The notes beneath the pieces are model-generated. The model did no database searches and was not told the origin of the DNA. It was given only the letters and a program-made list of their open reading frames with translations. A program made the position numbers and the translations under genes. A stretch of DNA of 63,826 bases, counting the filler, from Octopus bimaculoides (Eukaryota), in the NCBI RefSeq assembly GCF_001194135.2. It is 4 parts of 4 records of this genome, joined end to end, with 100 filler letters (N's around TTAATTAATTAA, not from the genome) between each part and the next. Parts side by side here need not be neighbours in the genome. Positions count along the whole stretch, not along the records: positions 1 to 27,582 come from NC_068989.1; 3 more parts are not named here. One strand, written 5' to 3'. Shown here piece after piece: positions 12,400 to 25,631 of this stretch. How positions within the stretch are numbered: position 1 is the first letter of the stretch; each line of letters starts with the position of its first letter.

Positions 12400-12720
12400 C
12401 ATGCGAGCAGCTCATTAATTTAATCGCGGTGCGCACATCTCGGACACGTCCGTCTGACAGCACTTCCGTGCCTGTAGAGCTTGTCGCGAACCGGCAGAAC
12501 TTCCGGGTAAGACTGCTAGGTCAGATATCCATAAGCTCCGGTTCGAAAGTCCTCCGGGAAAGACTAGCTAAAACGCCAGAAAAAACAACTTGTCCTTCCC
12601 GGTTAGAGGAAGGTAACGGATCGAGCCTCACGGTGGGCTCGGCCGATAACCTGATCAGCCCTACACGCGACAATTATTTACATAGTTCCACAAGTCAGTA
12701 ATGTGTGTAGGGTGGATCTA
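12400..12720 (+). promoter_or_regulatory. CpG-rich promoter-like island with ETS-type sites
   Basis: Local CpG/GC enrichment in AT-rich DNA; ACTTCCGT 12462-12469, TCGCGA 12484-12489 and ACTTCCGG 12499-12506, just upstream of the ATG at 12839. A possible 5' UTR intron spans 12507-12776 (GTAAGA...CTTCTACAG). Confidence 0.55.
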
Positions 12721-12838
12721 GCTATTACTGAACGAGTGATGTAGTCTCCCGTAGTCCGAGAAAGACACTTCTACAGTTTCTGGCCAGGCAACAACACCAA
12801 CAGCATCAGCGTGAAGAGCAGCAGCATCCAAAATAAAA

Positions 12839-12954
12839 ATGTCATCAAAAGAAAGTGCAGTAAGCGAGATCATTTCATTGACGTCAGCAGCAAGCACGAG
12901 TACCACACCCCTGCTAGACAACCAGCACAAAGGATGTGTTTATAGTGATCAAAC
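12839..12954 (+). CDS. Putative first coding exon of an unrecognised spliced gene (MSSKESAVSEIISLTSAASTSTTPLLDNQHKGCVYSDQT)
   Basis: AAAAATG context, in-frame upstream TGA at 12812-12814, non-repetitive peptide, donor AC|GTATGT (phase 2), downstream of the CpG island. Confidence 0.6.
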
Positions 12955-13269
12955 GTATGTTCTGTACAATAGCTCACATCCTCCACTAAATCCACGTTGC
13001 TTGAGCAGGCGCACATTGTGCTACACGTCAGGTATTATTGAAGTGATCCCATAGCAACGTGATATGAAATGTTTTGCTCAAGAACACAACGCACCACTCT
13101 TACACACATACATAATACTCCCCCACGACAAAGCTAAACTATTGCGCTATGCAATTACAATCATGTAAACCCGAAATAACAATGTTGTACACAACTGAGA
13201 ATACACACTATTGGAACATGGATGGTGGTAATGGTGGTGGTGATGGCAGTGGTGATGGTGGTAACGGCA

Positions 13270-13299
13270 GCAGTAGGAGCAGTAGCAGCAGCAGCAGTT

Positions 13300-13337
<38 letters not shown>

Positions 13338-13442
13338 GGTGGTTTTCGTGGTGGTTGTGATGATGGTTGTGGTGAAAGTTGTACTAGATGCAATAGCAGT
13401 AACAGCAGCTGTACCAGCAGCAGTAGTAGTAGTAGTAGTAGC

Positions 13443-13495
<53 letters not shown>

Positions 13496-13496
13496 C

Positions 13497-13542
<46 letters not shown>
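13270..13542. repeat. (AGT)n/(AGC)n/(GGT)n trinucleotide tract
   Basis: Directly visible; source of the poly-S/T/L/V/Y ORFs. Confidence 0.95.
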
Positions 13543-13988
13543 TAAGAATGCAGTTGGTGAGGGCGAGTGGGGAGACCAAATATTATAAAATAAAATAAAA
13601 CAAAACAAAACAAATAAAACATGATAGTTTTATAAATGTGGTTTCTTTCAGACTTTCAAATATGTAAGCTGCAGAAAGAACAGAAATTTAACGAAAAACT
13701 AATAATAAATGGAAAAAAAAAACAAAAGAACAAAAACAAAACAAAGAGACATATATCTAGAATGTAATAGCTATGTTGTAAAAGAAAACAGTATGATACA
13801 ATTATTTCTTGCTTTTAAGTTGATTCATTTTCTTACATGCAGGCAGTTTTCTGGGAGCAGAAAGAAAAATATATAAGATCCATCGCTAAACAGCAGTAGA
13901 CTCAGCTAAAAAAAAAATATTAATACTACTACTCCCACTACCACTACTACTATTAATAATAATAATGATGACTGATAATCATTATTAT

Positions 13989-14036
<48 letters not shown>

Positions 14037-14558
14037 CTGTTCGGCTTAAGAAGAAAAGAATCATTATGAGATGAGTTCGTTTAAGCACATATTTTCTTTG
14101 GTACGGGACTCGTATATATAATAAAAAGTATGCAAACGTCATATTGATTTCTTTGAATGAACTTATGAATATATCGATATCCTTCAAGAATGAGTTATAT
14201 TGAAATAAAACAATATTCGGTTTCCAGCTATTATAAATAGACTTAGTGGATTCATAATTATGTGTAAACTTTGTGCGTATATGCGGAGTTTACATGGATT
14301 CAAATATGCATTCCTGTGTGTATGTTTGTATGCAATGTTTGTATGCATATGGCTGTATTTACGCAGGTGAGGATGCTTGTACTTCTAAAGAGTCGGAGTG
14401 AAAGTATGCTGAATAGTACAGTACCATTAGTGAAAAGAAGAAGCACACGAAACACAGCATTGAATAGCTACAGCTATCTCTGTCCTCGAAAGCCCATTAA
14501 GACACAAATAAGCGGTAATTAAGACATTACCAGGAAGGACATACATAAAAATCACTAC

Positions 14559-14621
<63 letters not shown>

Positions 14622-15752
14622 NNNNNNNNNNNNNNNNNNNNNNNNNNNNNNNNNNNNNNNNNNNNNNNNNNNNNNNNNNNNNNNNNNNNNNNNNNNNNNN
14701 NNNNNNNNNNNNNNNNNNNNNNNNNNNNNNNNNNNNNNNNNNNNNNNNNNNNNNNNNNNNNNNNNNNNNNNNNNNNNNNNNNNNNNNNNNNNNNNNNNNN
14801 NNNNNNNNNNNNNNNNNNNNNNNNNNNNNNNNNNNNNNNNNNNNNNNNNNNNNNNNNNNNNNNNNNNNNNNNNNNNNNNNNNNNNNNNNNNNNNNNNNNN
14901 NNNNNNNNNNNNNNNNNNNNNNNNNNNNNNNNNNNNNNNNNNNNNNNNNNNNNNNNACATATATATAAAAACGTCATACTTCACAGGAACTACTAAAAAT
15001 GGTAATGGAAACGCTGAATAAATCAGCATTATGTTTTTAAACGATATCTTATATGAATGAAATAAAATGTTAATAAATCTGTTTTATGGAATTCACAACA
15101 TTTTATTAATCACTGTCATATATCAACGTTTATTTTATTATATTCTTTGTATTGTATGTTTATTTATTATGACCTTTATTTATAGTAACCCGTCAGAATC
15201 TCAGACGTAAAAATGAGGACCGATGCAATCGTATTCGTATCATATGATTGATTTGGTTTCGCTGTCACACTTTTTTTTTTTTTTACCGAACTATTTGTAA
15301 AGAATTTGATTTCTATAACGGCACTCGTAAAATATCAATTTCTTGATGAAGGTGAAACTTTAGACAAATAAAGTATCTTCCTGAAGGAAGGACAAAAGGT
15401 GGAGAGAAAGAGAAGGAGAAGTGGAAGAGAAAGATGGGTTGGTTAGAGAGTCTATATAACAACTAGTTTACATAACCACGAATATTGAAGAATATTATCA
15501 GTTTTCGATGTTCAATCTGTTTTCTGAGAACATGCCTTACAACTCTATGTGTGTATCATATGTTATATTTCCTCACCAAAATAAGGATTCAAATTATGAC
15601 TAAGTATAATACATGATACGTATCATGTAAACTACAAAGTTTACCCAATCACATTTAATATGTAAAAAAACACAATATAAAGTAATAAATGTATTCTTTT
15701 TCAGATAAGTTTTCTTTATATTTTACTTCAAATCTATTCTGCAAGAAATGAA

Positions 15753-16835
15753 ATATTGGTTTCAAATTTTGGCCCAAGGACTAGTATTCCGGGGCTGTGG
15801 GGCAAGTCGATTATGTAGACCCTAGTACTTAACTGGTACTTATTTTATAGACCTCGAAAGGGTGAAAGGCAAAGTCAACTTCGGTGGAATTTAAACTCAA
15901 AACTTAGATCTGACGAAATGCTGCTAAGCATTACTATGATAGCGTATCTGCCTGTTTACCATCTTTGTATAAAATGAAATAGTGGCTTCGAATTCTGGTT
16001 CCATAAAAGAAATTTCGAGGAAGGAAGTAAGTCGATTATATGGTACTTACTGCTTCGAACCCGAAAGGATGAAAAGTGAAGTCGACCTCGGCGGAATTTG
16101 AACTCAGAAAGTAAAGAACTGCCACTAAGCATTTTCCCACACGAGTTTATGACGCTGTCTGCTCGCTGTCCTTTGTATAAAATAAAATATCGATTTCAAA
16201 TTTTGGCTCAAGGCCAGTAATTACAGTGGGAAGAGGTTAGTCAAGTGGTTCCCAATTTNNNNNNNNNNNNNNNNNNNNNNNNNNNNNNNNNNNNNNNNNN
16301 NNNNNNNNNNNNNNNNNNNNNNNNNNNNNNNNNNNNNNNNNNNNNNNNNTATATATATATGAAATTTTGAATTTAGTCCACGGATCCCAGTACTACCTTT
16401 GTGGACCACCAGGGTCCGCGTACCCTAGGTTGGGGACCACTGGGCTAGTCGATTATATCAACCCCAGAGTTCAACTGGTAATTTTATCTATCAGGAAAGG
16501 ATGAAAGGCAAAGTCAACCTGTGCGGAATTTGAACTCAGACGGACGAGATACCGTAAAACATTTTGCTTGTGCTAATGATTGTGACACCACGCTGCATTT
16601 ATAAAAAGAATACATTAAAAACAACATATTGATGCTCGGCTGGCAGAATCGTTAGAGCATTCGGAAAAATTGCTTTGCTGTATTTTCATTTTTCTACATT
16701 CTAAATGTACATCCCGTAGACCCAATTTTGTCATCTTTTTGAGGTCAATAAAACAAAGTTCAGCCTAACTGGAGATCGGTGCTATCGACTGAACCCTTGA
16801 CGTCAAAATTGATGAAATTATCCCTCAATTAGAAG
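15753..16835. mobile_element. Cluster of four family-A SINE copies (three -, one +)
   Basis: Repeated gatgaaaggcaaagtc(g/a)acctcggcggaatttgaactc blocks near 15.9, 16.1 and 16.5 kb, and an inverted copy at about 16630-16835. Confidence 0.8.
16243..16442. mobile_element. hAT-type MITE nested in a SINE (interior partly gap)
   Basis: Ends (a)agtggttcccaa and ttggggaccactg; 8-bp TSD ggttagtc (16235-16242) / ggctagtc (16443-16450). An 8-bp TSD is the hAT signature. Confidence 0.7.
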
Positions 16836-17324
16836 TCATCATATTAGATTATCCACTTTTGTGGCAGTCGGGTAACAATGCAGGTTATACATGTTGAGAA
16901 ATTTCAGACAATATTGATCTCAAATTCGACATTTTTGCAATTCAATGTAGCATATTATACATAGTAGCGTTTTAGATATGAACTTAAACGTTTATTGTTT
17001 CTTGGGAACACATTTATTTAGAAAAGATTTTCGCAGGGGAGGGAAATGTGAGGTGAAAGTATTAATAACATACTTGAAAATGAGATGATGACATGGTATT
17101 TCAACACAAAAATATAGCAATGATATCTGAAATTTTGCTATAAATTTTTTTCTTTCTTAAATGAGCGGAAGATGTCTAGAGTTTCACAAGTGGATATTAT
17201 GTGAATACATCTCTAATTATCTGAAATGTACTGTTAATAATATTATAGTTCTTCGGGTTATTAAAAATCATTTATAGAGGTGAAGACATTTAATAATTAC
17301 GTCAACTGTACTTTTTGATTTCAG

Positions 17325-17341
17325 ATCAAAATTATTGAAAC
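17325..17341 (+). CDS. Putative 17-nt microexon (T-SKLLK-H)
   Basis: ctttttgatttcag|ATCAAAATTATTGAAAC|gtaaat. Phase 2 to 1 exactly bridges exon 12839-12954 and exon 18524-18632. Confidence 0.4.
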
Positions 17342-17580
17342 GTAAATGAGAGATTCAATGATGTTCATACATTTCCAAAATAGACAACTTCAAATGAGAA
17401 CACGCCTAGATCTATTCAACATAGAATCAATTTTCTAGAGCAGCTACTACGCTATTCTTTGATGGAATGCACCTCCGTATGTCATTTGTAATAATAGCCA
17501 GTATATATATGTTGGTTGGTTGTTTGATTTCTCCAGTCATGATCTACACCGTACAGAGAAAGGGGGGAAGCAAAGCAAAG

Positions 17581-17616
<36 letters not shown>

Positions 17617-18523
17617 AACATAAGAAGTCCATGATGAACGTATCTTATAACTTCATGAAAACTATATGTTCTATTGAAATATAATTTTGCAGAGCAGAGA
17701 CGAGTTTCCTGTGGATTAGAATGAGATTAAGGTGATAAAATTTAGAAAATACTAGCATATTTATTGCAGTATGCAAATGAGAAATTTGTTTCATGTAAAT
17801 ATATTTTAAGCTAATAAATCACTTTCTTTTGAAAATTAGTATTCATTTCATCATTTTACTTTAGTAGTTTTGTATAAGAAGTTATGTAAAAGTTAAATTT
17901 AATTATTATATGTTTGGGTATGTAGGTATCTTGAAAATACCTCGCAGAGTGACGACCATGCACTGCGATGTTACGGGGGCTGCCTTTTGGCAAGGCACAG
18001 CAGCCGTTCAGCCACCCTGCTATTGATACGGTGAATACATGGGAATATAGCATGGCGGATTGTGAGTAGGTAGCAGTAAAGCTCAACTGAGCCAACGGTG
18101 CTTCTTACAATAATGCTGAGTGGAGGACTCCTAGAAGACCAACGGTCAGATTCACCAAGCTCTATCGGGACAATAATCGCAACACATCCATATGGGTGGC
18201 GTACATGGCTGTATAATTACCTCATGAAAGATTCACAATGAATCAAGCCCCCATTTCAAATTCATAATAATCGAATTAGGTCCTGAGAATCCACGAAGAC
18301 AAAGAAAAATAATTATATGTGTGCCATATTTTGATATTAACCATCGTAATAAAAGTTTACTTCCAAAGTTATCTTTCAAATAACGCGAAACACACGTTTC
18401 TTAAACATAAGTAAGAATAACTTAGTGTGTAGCTAGGTGTTTTACCGTCTTTGTTATTCTGTAGTATTTTACACCACCACCACCCAAAAAAAGCAAAACA
18501 ATAAAGCTATTGCATCTCTAAAG

Positions 18524-18632
18524 ATGAGGAATTCTCCGTGGATATCGATGACGAGAATTTAGTTGTTCGAACACCTGCCTTCCACCGAAGCTACTGCCTG
18601 AAGATTGGACGTGCCATATGTCCAAATATAAC
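18524..18632 (+). CDS. Putative internal exon (EEFSVDIDDENLVVRTPAFHRSYCLKIGRAICPNIT)
   Basis: tgcatctctaaag| acceptor and AC|GTACGT donor; only one frame is open; GC-richer and non-repetitive. An alternative acceptor giving a start at 18507 would join exon 1 directly. Confidence 0.55.
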
Positions 18633-19140
18633 GTACGTTTTGGACAAAATCAATCAACATGTGACAATTTCATTCTGGGTCGGACCTTTAAATTGCAGGT
18701 ACAATAACTTTGACATGAGTCTATATAGGTTATGTCTCTTTAATTCCACCCAGAAGTATTGGGCCGACCTGGATCAATGGTAAAATAAATTTACCGAACA
18801 TGCCAAGTCGTGAGCTCGAACTCGAGATTTTACAGTAACAGAGAAAACTTTTTATCCTTTCAGATATGCATTCAACCACATTCGAATGCCACATTATTTC
18901 ATTTTTTTTTTAAGTGGAGATAACCTAGGTGATAAAATGAAGTTAGCTAACGTGATCTGTGCAACAAAAAGACAAACAATTAAAATTATATGTAGTTGCA
19001 TTAAGTACTGCTATTGATGCTGTTTGGCTCACATCAAGGGAATATATTATCAAAAAAATTCCAGCCATGACTATCACGGTTTTATTGAAATATACTGTAT
19101 CTAGGGTTACACAATTCATTAAAAAAATGTATTCCTCCTT

Positions 19141-19266
19141 TGTTTAAGACGGCATTAGGGGGGTATAACGCCCTAATATTATTATCCAGGACACTGCGTG
19201 GAATCGAACTCGGAATCTTGGGGTTAGTAGCCCGCGCGCTTAACAACTACGCCGTATGCCCGTGGC
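19141..19266 (-). mobile_element. Short tRNA-derived SINE (family D)
   Basis: Minus strand GGCGTAGTTGTTAAG (A-box-like) ... GAGTTCGATTCC (B box), followed by a non-tRNA tail; no complete cloverleaf. Confidence 0.65.
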
Positions 19267-20129
19267 CAGATAATGTGAATAATATAGATAATAATGTAAA
19301 TAATGTACATAATTCCTCATCTTTTGAATATAGAACTGTATGGTCTCAACCTGTTTTCTATGACAACGGATCCCATGACCCTAGTTGTTATGCTTATTGA
19401 AGTATATGATTGTATTGAATATGATACTGGCTTCATTTACAACATAATCTATGACGATTTTATTTGTATTTGAAAAATAAGAATTGTCAGCAACATTATT
19501 TGTGTATATTACTGGCTAATGAGGAAGCTTATATGTGATCAATTTGTATGGCAGATATGACTGCTAATTATACTTTCCCGTGTTCAAAATGATGGGGTAT
19601 GTGGAATAATGTTTTCATAGATACGCAAACAGGGAGGGAAAGATGGGAACCTGATAAATGAGACGTTTTCTATAAGCCGTTGGAGCAGAGATAACCATAA
19701 ATTAAGCATCAACAAAAGCAAAGTGTCAAATTAGTAGCACCAACTGCCAGAAATCACAGCCAAATCCGTCTCAAATTTCAACGCTACTGTTTTGTAAGAT
19801 CTCATCGAAACTGTGGTTGCTACTGATATACAAAAGACGATATACTCAAAGCAGGAAAGCCTTATATTATCTATCTGGGACTAAACTGAGACCAAAGACA
19901 ATAACGTAACTACTACATTTTTTAACCATGCACATACTGGCTGGTAATAAGAGGAAAGCCTCGAACACTTCAAAACCTAATGGTTTTATTAGAAAGAAAG
20001 TAGAAAGATAATTAGGAGGATAAGACCAAGCAAGAGTCACTTGTCTTCACGTACACTAGTTCGCATTGACGAGAGGGAAAGACAGCTGTCCTCTAATTCC
20101 TTCTGGTTCTTAACAGCAAAACTGAGCAG

Positions 20130-21425
20130 AAGGTGGTGAGCTGGTAGAATTGTTAGCACGCTGGGAAAAATACTCATCAACATTACATCCGTCTTTATAT
20201 TCGGTGTTCGAAAATCGCCCATGTTGACATTGCCTTCCATCCTTTCGGAGTCAATAAAATAAGTACCATCTGAGTATTGGGGTCGATATAATCGACTTAC
20301 CCTCCCCTCGAAATTGCTGGCCTTGTGTTAATATTTGAAACCAATATATATTTTTAAACATAAGGCTTCAAAGTTAGTGGAAGGATATAGCGTTATCAAT
20401 TATATCGCCGCTAGCCGTTGACAGGTTAATTTTTTTACATCAACTCTGAAAAGACTGAAAGTAAATTTAACCTCGACATCATTTGAACACATGACAAAAA
20501 CGATCGGAACTAGGAGCCGTATATCATTTAGCTTAGTTCGAAGCTTTATATGCTACTGCATTGTAAATCTCTTACATAATTTCATCAGTTTTAGAATGTT
20601 ATACATGTTTAAAAACGAGCTAATAAATTTACTTTCTGCAATAAACTTTATGGTTTCCGATGCTAAATAGATTGTTTCATTCACAACAGCTGCGTCGTAA
20701 ATTATGGTCATTCCACAACAATAAATATTCATATCGATCATTTCAAAGAAATCAAATGTTTTCAGTGAGAAAGATTGGTGAAATTCCAATCATCTTAACA
20801 CCAGCCAGCCAGCATTATTTAAGTTAACGTTGTTAACGAGAAAGCATAAACCTGCTCGGCAAACCTGTTAGAAATCTCAGACAAATCTTAAGCAAATTAC
20901 GACCTACTACCTCAAACAAAAGGGAATATATATCACATCATATAGCTCATATGTGCATTGTTTTTGACAAATGGAAAAAAAACATTTTATGATATAAACC
21001 AGAATTCGTTTGATGGATGTCAGAGAGATGACAAAATCAATCGACCGTCTGAAAAAATGCTTTGCCATATATATTTCGGATTGTTATAGTCTGAATTCAA
21101 ATCCAACCGAGGTCAACTTCAAATTTCATCCATCCAGAGTTGATAAAATAAAGTACCAGTCAAGTATTGGAGACTACGATGTCCAATAAAACCGCTTACC
21201 TCAAAATTACTAGCGTTGTGCCCAAATCAAAACAAAATGCGAGCTATCAGAATCGTTAAAGCGTCGGGGAAATGCTTCGCATTATGTTCCGTCTCTCTAC
21301 TTTCTAAATTCATGATGTCAGTCTGGTTCTTCATCCACCAGGAAGTGAGTGAGTAGAGTACCAGTCAAGTATTGGGTTTGATGGTACCGACTAAAGCCCT
21401 CCCCTAAAAATTATAGCTTTGTGGC
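20130..21425 (+). mobile_element. Three family-A SINE copies (about 20130-20345, 21020-21225, 21235-21425)
   Basis: Each has the ...cctttcatcc...gtc(a/g)ataaaataagtaccagtc...ggggtcgat core. Confidence 0.7.
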
Positions 21426-23494
21426 TAACCTATTGTCAGTTTGATTGATCACAAGTGACATAAGGCATAAAACTTGAAAATTCTACAATTTGTGATGAAA
21501 ATTTGAACAATTTTGAACTTGCTTTGTGTTGCCAATTTAATTGTAATCAAGATCACTTGGTATCTAATCGGGTTGTATGAGATGTCTGGAGAAAAGCATT
21601 GCTGAGTGGTTAAGAAGTTTGCTTCTCAATCACAAGATCCTGGGTCCGATATTACTGCTGCTTGCATGTTAGATAACTGCATTTCTCATAGCCTCGATGA
21701 ATTTTAGTTGAAGAGAAACTGCAAAGAAGATTGTCGGTTGCACTGTACCTTATCACACTTATATCACATTGAATTTAATTGAGAATTACTTTCAGGGTAT
21801 AAGAGCCTTGTGTATATTCGACCACTTCACATACTAATTCAGTAATCAGGTTGTGCAGTTGATCGAACAGTTAGGAGCGCCTGTGTTGAAATAGTTGGGA
21901 GGCTCCATCATGAGATCTATAGCAATGGATTCTATATTTTTCAGTTAAAGAGATATGTTGGTATAGGACGTTCGTTTATCGCCTGCAACTTTCCAGTCAA
22001 GAGGATTTTAATATATTTATGTAGTTACTGCATCTACGTGGCCTCTCGACTTTCAATGAAAATTCACCGAATCACCCTCATATCATACGTTTTCTGTCAT
22101 ATAAAGGACGAACAATGTGGACCCTAATAAGTAAAACGACGATTATCACAAATCTTCATTTTTTTTAACATACACTGAAGGGAGCGAATCATACAATTCC
22201 TTCTCGGAAATAGGATCATAAAATCCTTAGAATATGTCTTAGGATCGGGGTTGTTTACCTGATAATGGAATACCTTGCTACCTATTCAGTTTATAAAATC
22301 TTTAGATATGTACATTTATCTTTGAGAGGTACACATTTGACAAAAATAACATTATACACGAACGAAAGAGAGAACCCTCAATATCTGTTCTGCTTGCAAA
22401 GGTGATAGAATGTCTACGCAGTCAGTTGCCTTTCTACATATCGCAATAAAATTTTCCATTAATTATATACTACTGTTTCTAATAAAAGAAGGACATGTTG
22501 AGTGACGTAGTCATAGAGATACTAAGTCTGAGAACAAGAGATTGGATGACAAGCCTGGAATGGCCTACTAAATAAAAAGAAAAAATGACATCTGACTAAA
22601 CAACATAAAGATCAGTTTATTATTAAAGGAAGTAATAAGAGAATAGTGAACAGCAGTGAAAACAGTACTGTAAACAGAATCCTTTACTCAACAAATAGTT
22701 GATTAAGAAGCATAATAATGCCAATTATATGATATACTGAGGGGAAAAAATAGTCATAAATTCGGAACATTTGAATAGGCAATGTTGTTGGAGTTGAATC
22801 TGTTCATAACAATAAACAATGAACTAAGATTTCTACAAATAAAATCATGTATTTAGTATTGTTTATACTACAAAGAATCCAAGGAAAATTTAAAAGTACA
22901 CATTGTTTGATTTGGATAATTCTTTTTTTATTAGTAAACAATCTTAATTCTTTAAAGTAAAAATCGATTGTAACAGATTTCATGACACAATATTAAGTTT
23001 TAAAAGTATTCTGCTTGGTACGATATTTCACGCAACCACTCTCATATTGCAACAGGTTAAATCGAAACGAACGAAAATTACAACGCGGTTTCTATTTCCG
23101 AGTTAAGTTATTTCACTACGCTTAACAAACATACGAGTGTATTTTTACGAATCGTTGTCCGTGCTAGAAGGAGTAGCTAATTCAGTCTCATATTAACCAG
23201 TACTACTGTTTGGAATATTTCTTTTCAAAAACGGATACGATGAAAAATGTATTCGTACATGTCGAAATAAAAAAAAAAAGAGTTAAAGAGGATGGTAACA
23301 ACCAGAATGGATTTCATCATGAAAGGTCTGCATAAGAAAGGCAACAGCAACTATAAAGCCTTCAATTAAAAGTCTGTTATGTTTAAGAAATGCGTGTACG
23401 GCACAATGTGACATGTTCTTTCCATTATAAACCTGGATATTAGTGCCTGATTATGCGAGCGCAATCACCCCCACTCACACACACATGCATACGC

Positions 23495-23542
<48 letters not shown>

Positions 23543-24256
23543 TCTAGGTAAGGTCAAGTATTGATTTGTATGAAGAACTGCGATGGAACAGCTAAGTTAG
23601 TGCTAGCATACTTAATGAATTTAGCATGAAAAAAGCTAATAAGTACTAATGCGAATAAGAAAGAGAATAAGAAAAAGAGAAAACATTCGCCGAAAGGCAA
23701 AGACTATTATTTTAATCATTTTCGCAACAACGGCAGACAACTCTGGTTAACAGATCCATCTCAGAGTAATTAAACTTTGTGAATTATGCATACATATACA
23801 TACATACATATACATGCATACATACATACATATATACATACATACATAACTATATCTATCTACATATATATATATATAGGCACATGTGCTTACATACATA
23901 TATTAATACATGGACATATCTATTTATTTATCTATCTATGACACATATATATGAAAAACGCTAAATTTCTCATGACTACTGACTTGTAGTAATTAAGTTG
24001 AAATGTATGCATTGATGAGGAAGTCTAATAAACCGAAACACGCGCCAGGTTGTCTACTGTTTTCGATGAATTATGAAAAATGTATAATCGTATAGTATCA
24101 TATTTAATGTTTCTGTACACTTCGACATGGAAAAATACACACTGCAAAAATTGTCTCGAAAGAAATATTCTCCTGTTAACGAGGACAACAAACGTTAAGG
24201 CAAGACAAACATCTCAAGTCATATACATTGTTATTATTGGGAAAAAAGCCTTACAG

Positions 24257-24323
24257 CTGTTTCTGGGATATCCTAGAGTATGGGATATGCCGTCATCGGA
24301 GACAAATATGGAAAATGAGAAGG
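24257..24323 (+). CDS. Candidate internal exon (CFWDILEYGICRHRRQIWKMRR)
   Basis: gccttacag| ... AGG|gtatag; phase 2 to 0 is compatible with the exon ending at 18632. Confidence 0.35.
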
Positions 24324-24719
24324 GTATAGATTAATGAAATGACGAGACAGACGACAGGAATAAGGATATATATATATATATATATATATACTACATCTGA
24401 TCGAGCATGGTACTTTTTAGAAACCCATCCGATTGCAACAATATCAAAGCATGTCTATTGAAGACGCTCATATATAACTATTGTATTCATTAAATGATAC
24501 TTATCTTTGAACGGATTATATTCTTAGTATTGCTGATTGAACATAAAGATTCTACACTGTGGATCTTTGTGCGTGCGTGAGTGCGTGTGTACGCGTAGGT
24601 GTGAATATAGTTATGACTCATAGGAACCTGCATCTTCTAGCAAACAGATAATGATAGTAGGCGCAGAAGCATTTAGCTATTCTGGGAGGTTATTATGATG
24701 TAAATATATGCTTTTTAGA

Positions 24720-24990
24720 CGAGGTAGAACGGCATAGTGATTAGAGTGTTCCACTTACAATCACGAGATGGCGTTTTCAGTTCCTGGACTTGGTCATAGT
24801 TTGTACTCTTGAGCAAATCACTTCTTCTCACGTTACTCTGCGATCACGTTGACACCTGACGCGTGGTACACCGTGCACCTGTTCAGGTAACGTCAAGTTG
24901 ATGGCACTATTGAGTTAATGTACAACACATAAACTTGACCACTATAAGCAAGTTATTTGTGCAGGTTGCTCAGCACGAAATTGTAGAATC
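24720..24990 (+). mobile_element. tRNA-head SINE with CORE/V-like ctt(g)agcaa..cactt segment (family B)
   Basis: Homologous by eye to 34548-34850, 37172-37440, 38410-38570 and to the head of 48000-48268. Confidence 0.6.
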
Positions 24991-25576
24991 ATCTTTCTTG
25001 GACTACCAGAAACTACCGTCATCATATGCGTTTTATCATTACGTCTTCAAAAGCATATATTGAAGATTTTTATCTGGTCGTTTAATTAAATTAGAAATTT
25101 CCTATATCATCAACAAAATTTTAATTACTGTTGCAGTATCTCATTGTATATACACACATACTTACACACACACACATACATGTATGTATACAAACAAAAA
25201 ATAGATAAATAGATAGATATAATATGTATTAATATATGTATATTTTATATATATATATATTAATATAGTATAATATAAAATTATATATACATATGTATAT
25301 ATGTATATCAGTGTATGTGTGTGTGTATGTGTGTGTGTGTTTATTAAAGTATTAAAGTTATTTGTTTGTGCTGGTTAGTTAAAGCATGAATTGTTCCTAG
25401 GTATTTTGAAATATCGAATTTCATATATTACACAATAGAACAACTTGAAGGTAGTCTCTCTGTCTTAATAAGAAAACAGGAGTTTTTCACTTGAATATAA
25501 AAACGCTGGAATTTTAATATCTTCTGGATTCCGAGCTCTTTATTCTGCATTTCTTGCACAAGACTCATATTTGTAG

Positions 25577-25631
25577 CAAGATTCTTCTGTAACTCTCGTT
25601 GCATCGGCTGGAGAACTGGCTGAAGACCAAT
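25577..25631 (+). CDS. Weak candidate exon (QDSSVTLVASAGELAEDQ)
   Basis: Pyrimidine-rich ...catatttgtag| acceptor; phase 0 matches the exon ending at 24323; donor T|gtatat is weak. Confidence 0.25.

Noticed and set aside
12429-12701. 90-aa GTG-initiated ORF in the CpG island
   Set aside because: Open frames are expected in GC-rich DNA; non-ATG start and no recognisable motif.
19141-19266. tRNA gene
   Set aside because: A and B boxes are present but the acceptor stem does not close and a non-tRNA tail follows; treated as a SINE. The same applies to 48000-48268.
24005-24045. TTGATGAGG...CCGAAAC hammerhead-like core
   Set aside because: C3 is missing, stem II is only 2 bp, and there is no convincing stem I or III.
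25480-25631. Apparent exon SFSLEYKNAG...DSYL*QDSSVTL... with an in-frame TAG (25574-25576), suggesting A-to-I recoding or readthrough
   Set aside because: The TAG is better explained as a splice acceptor after a pyrimidine-rich tract; nothing in the sequence supports recoding.
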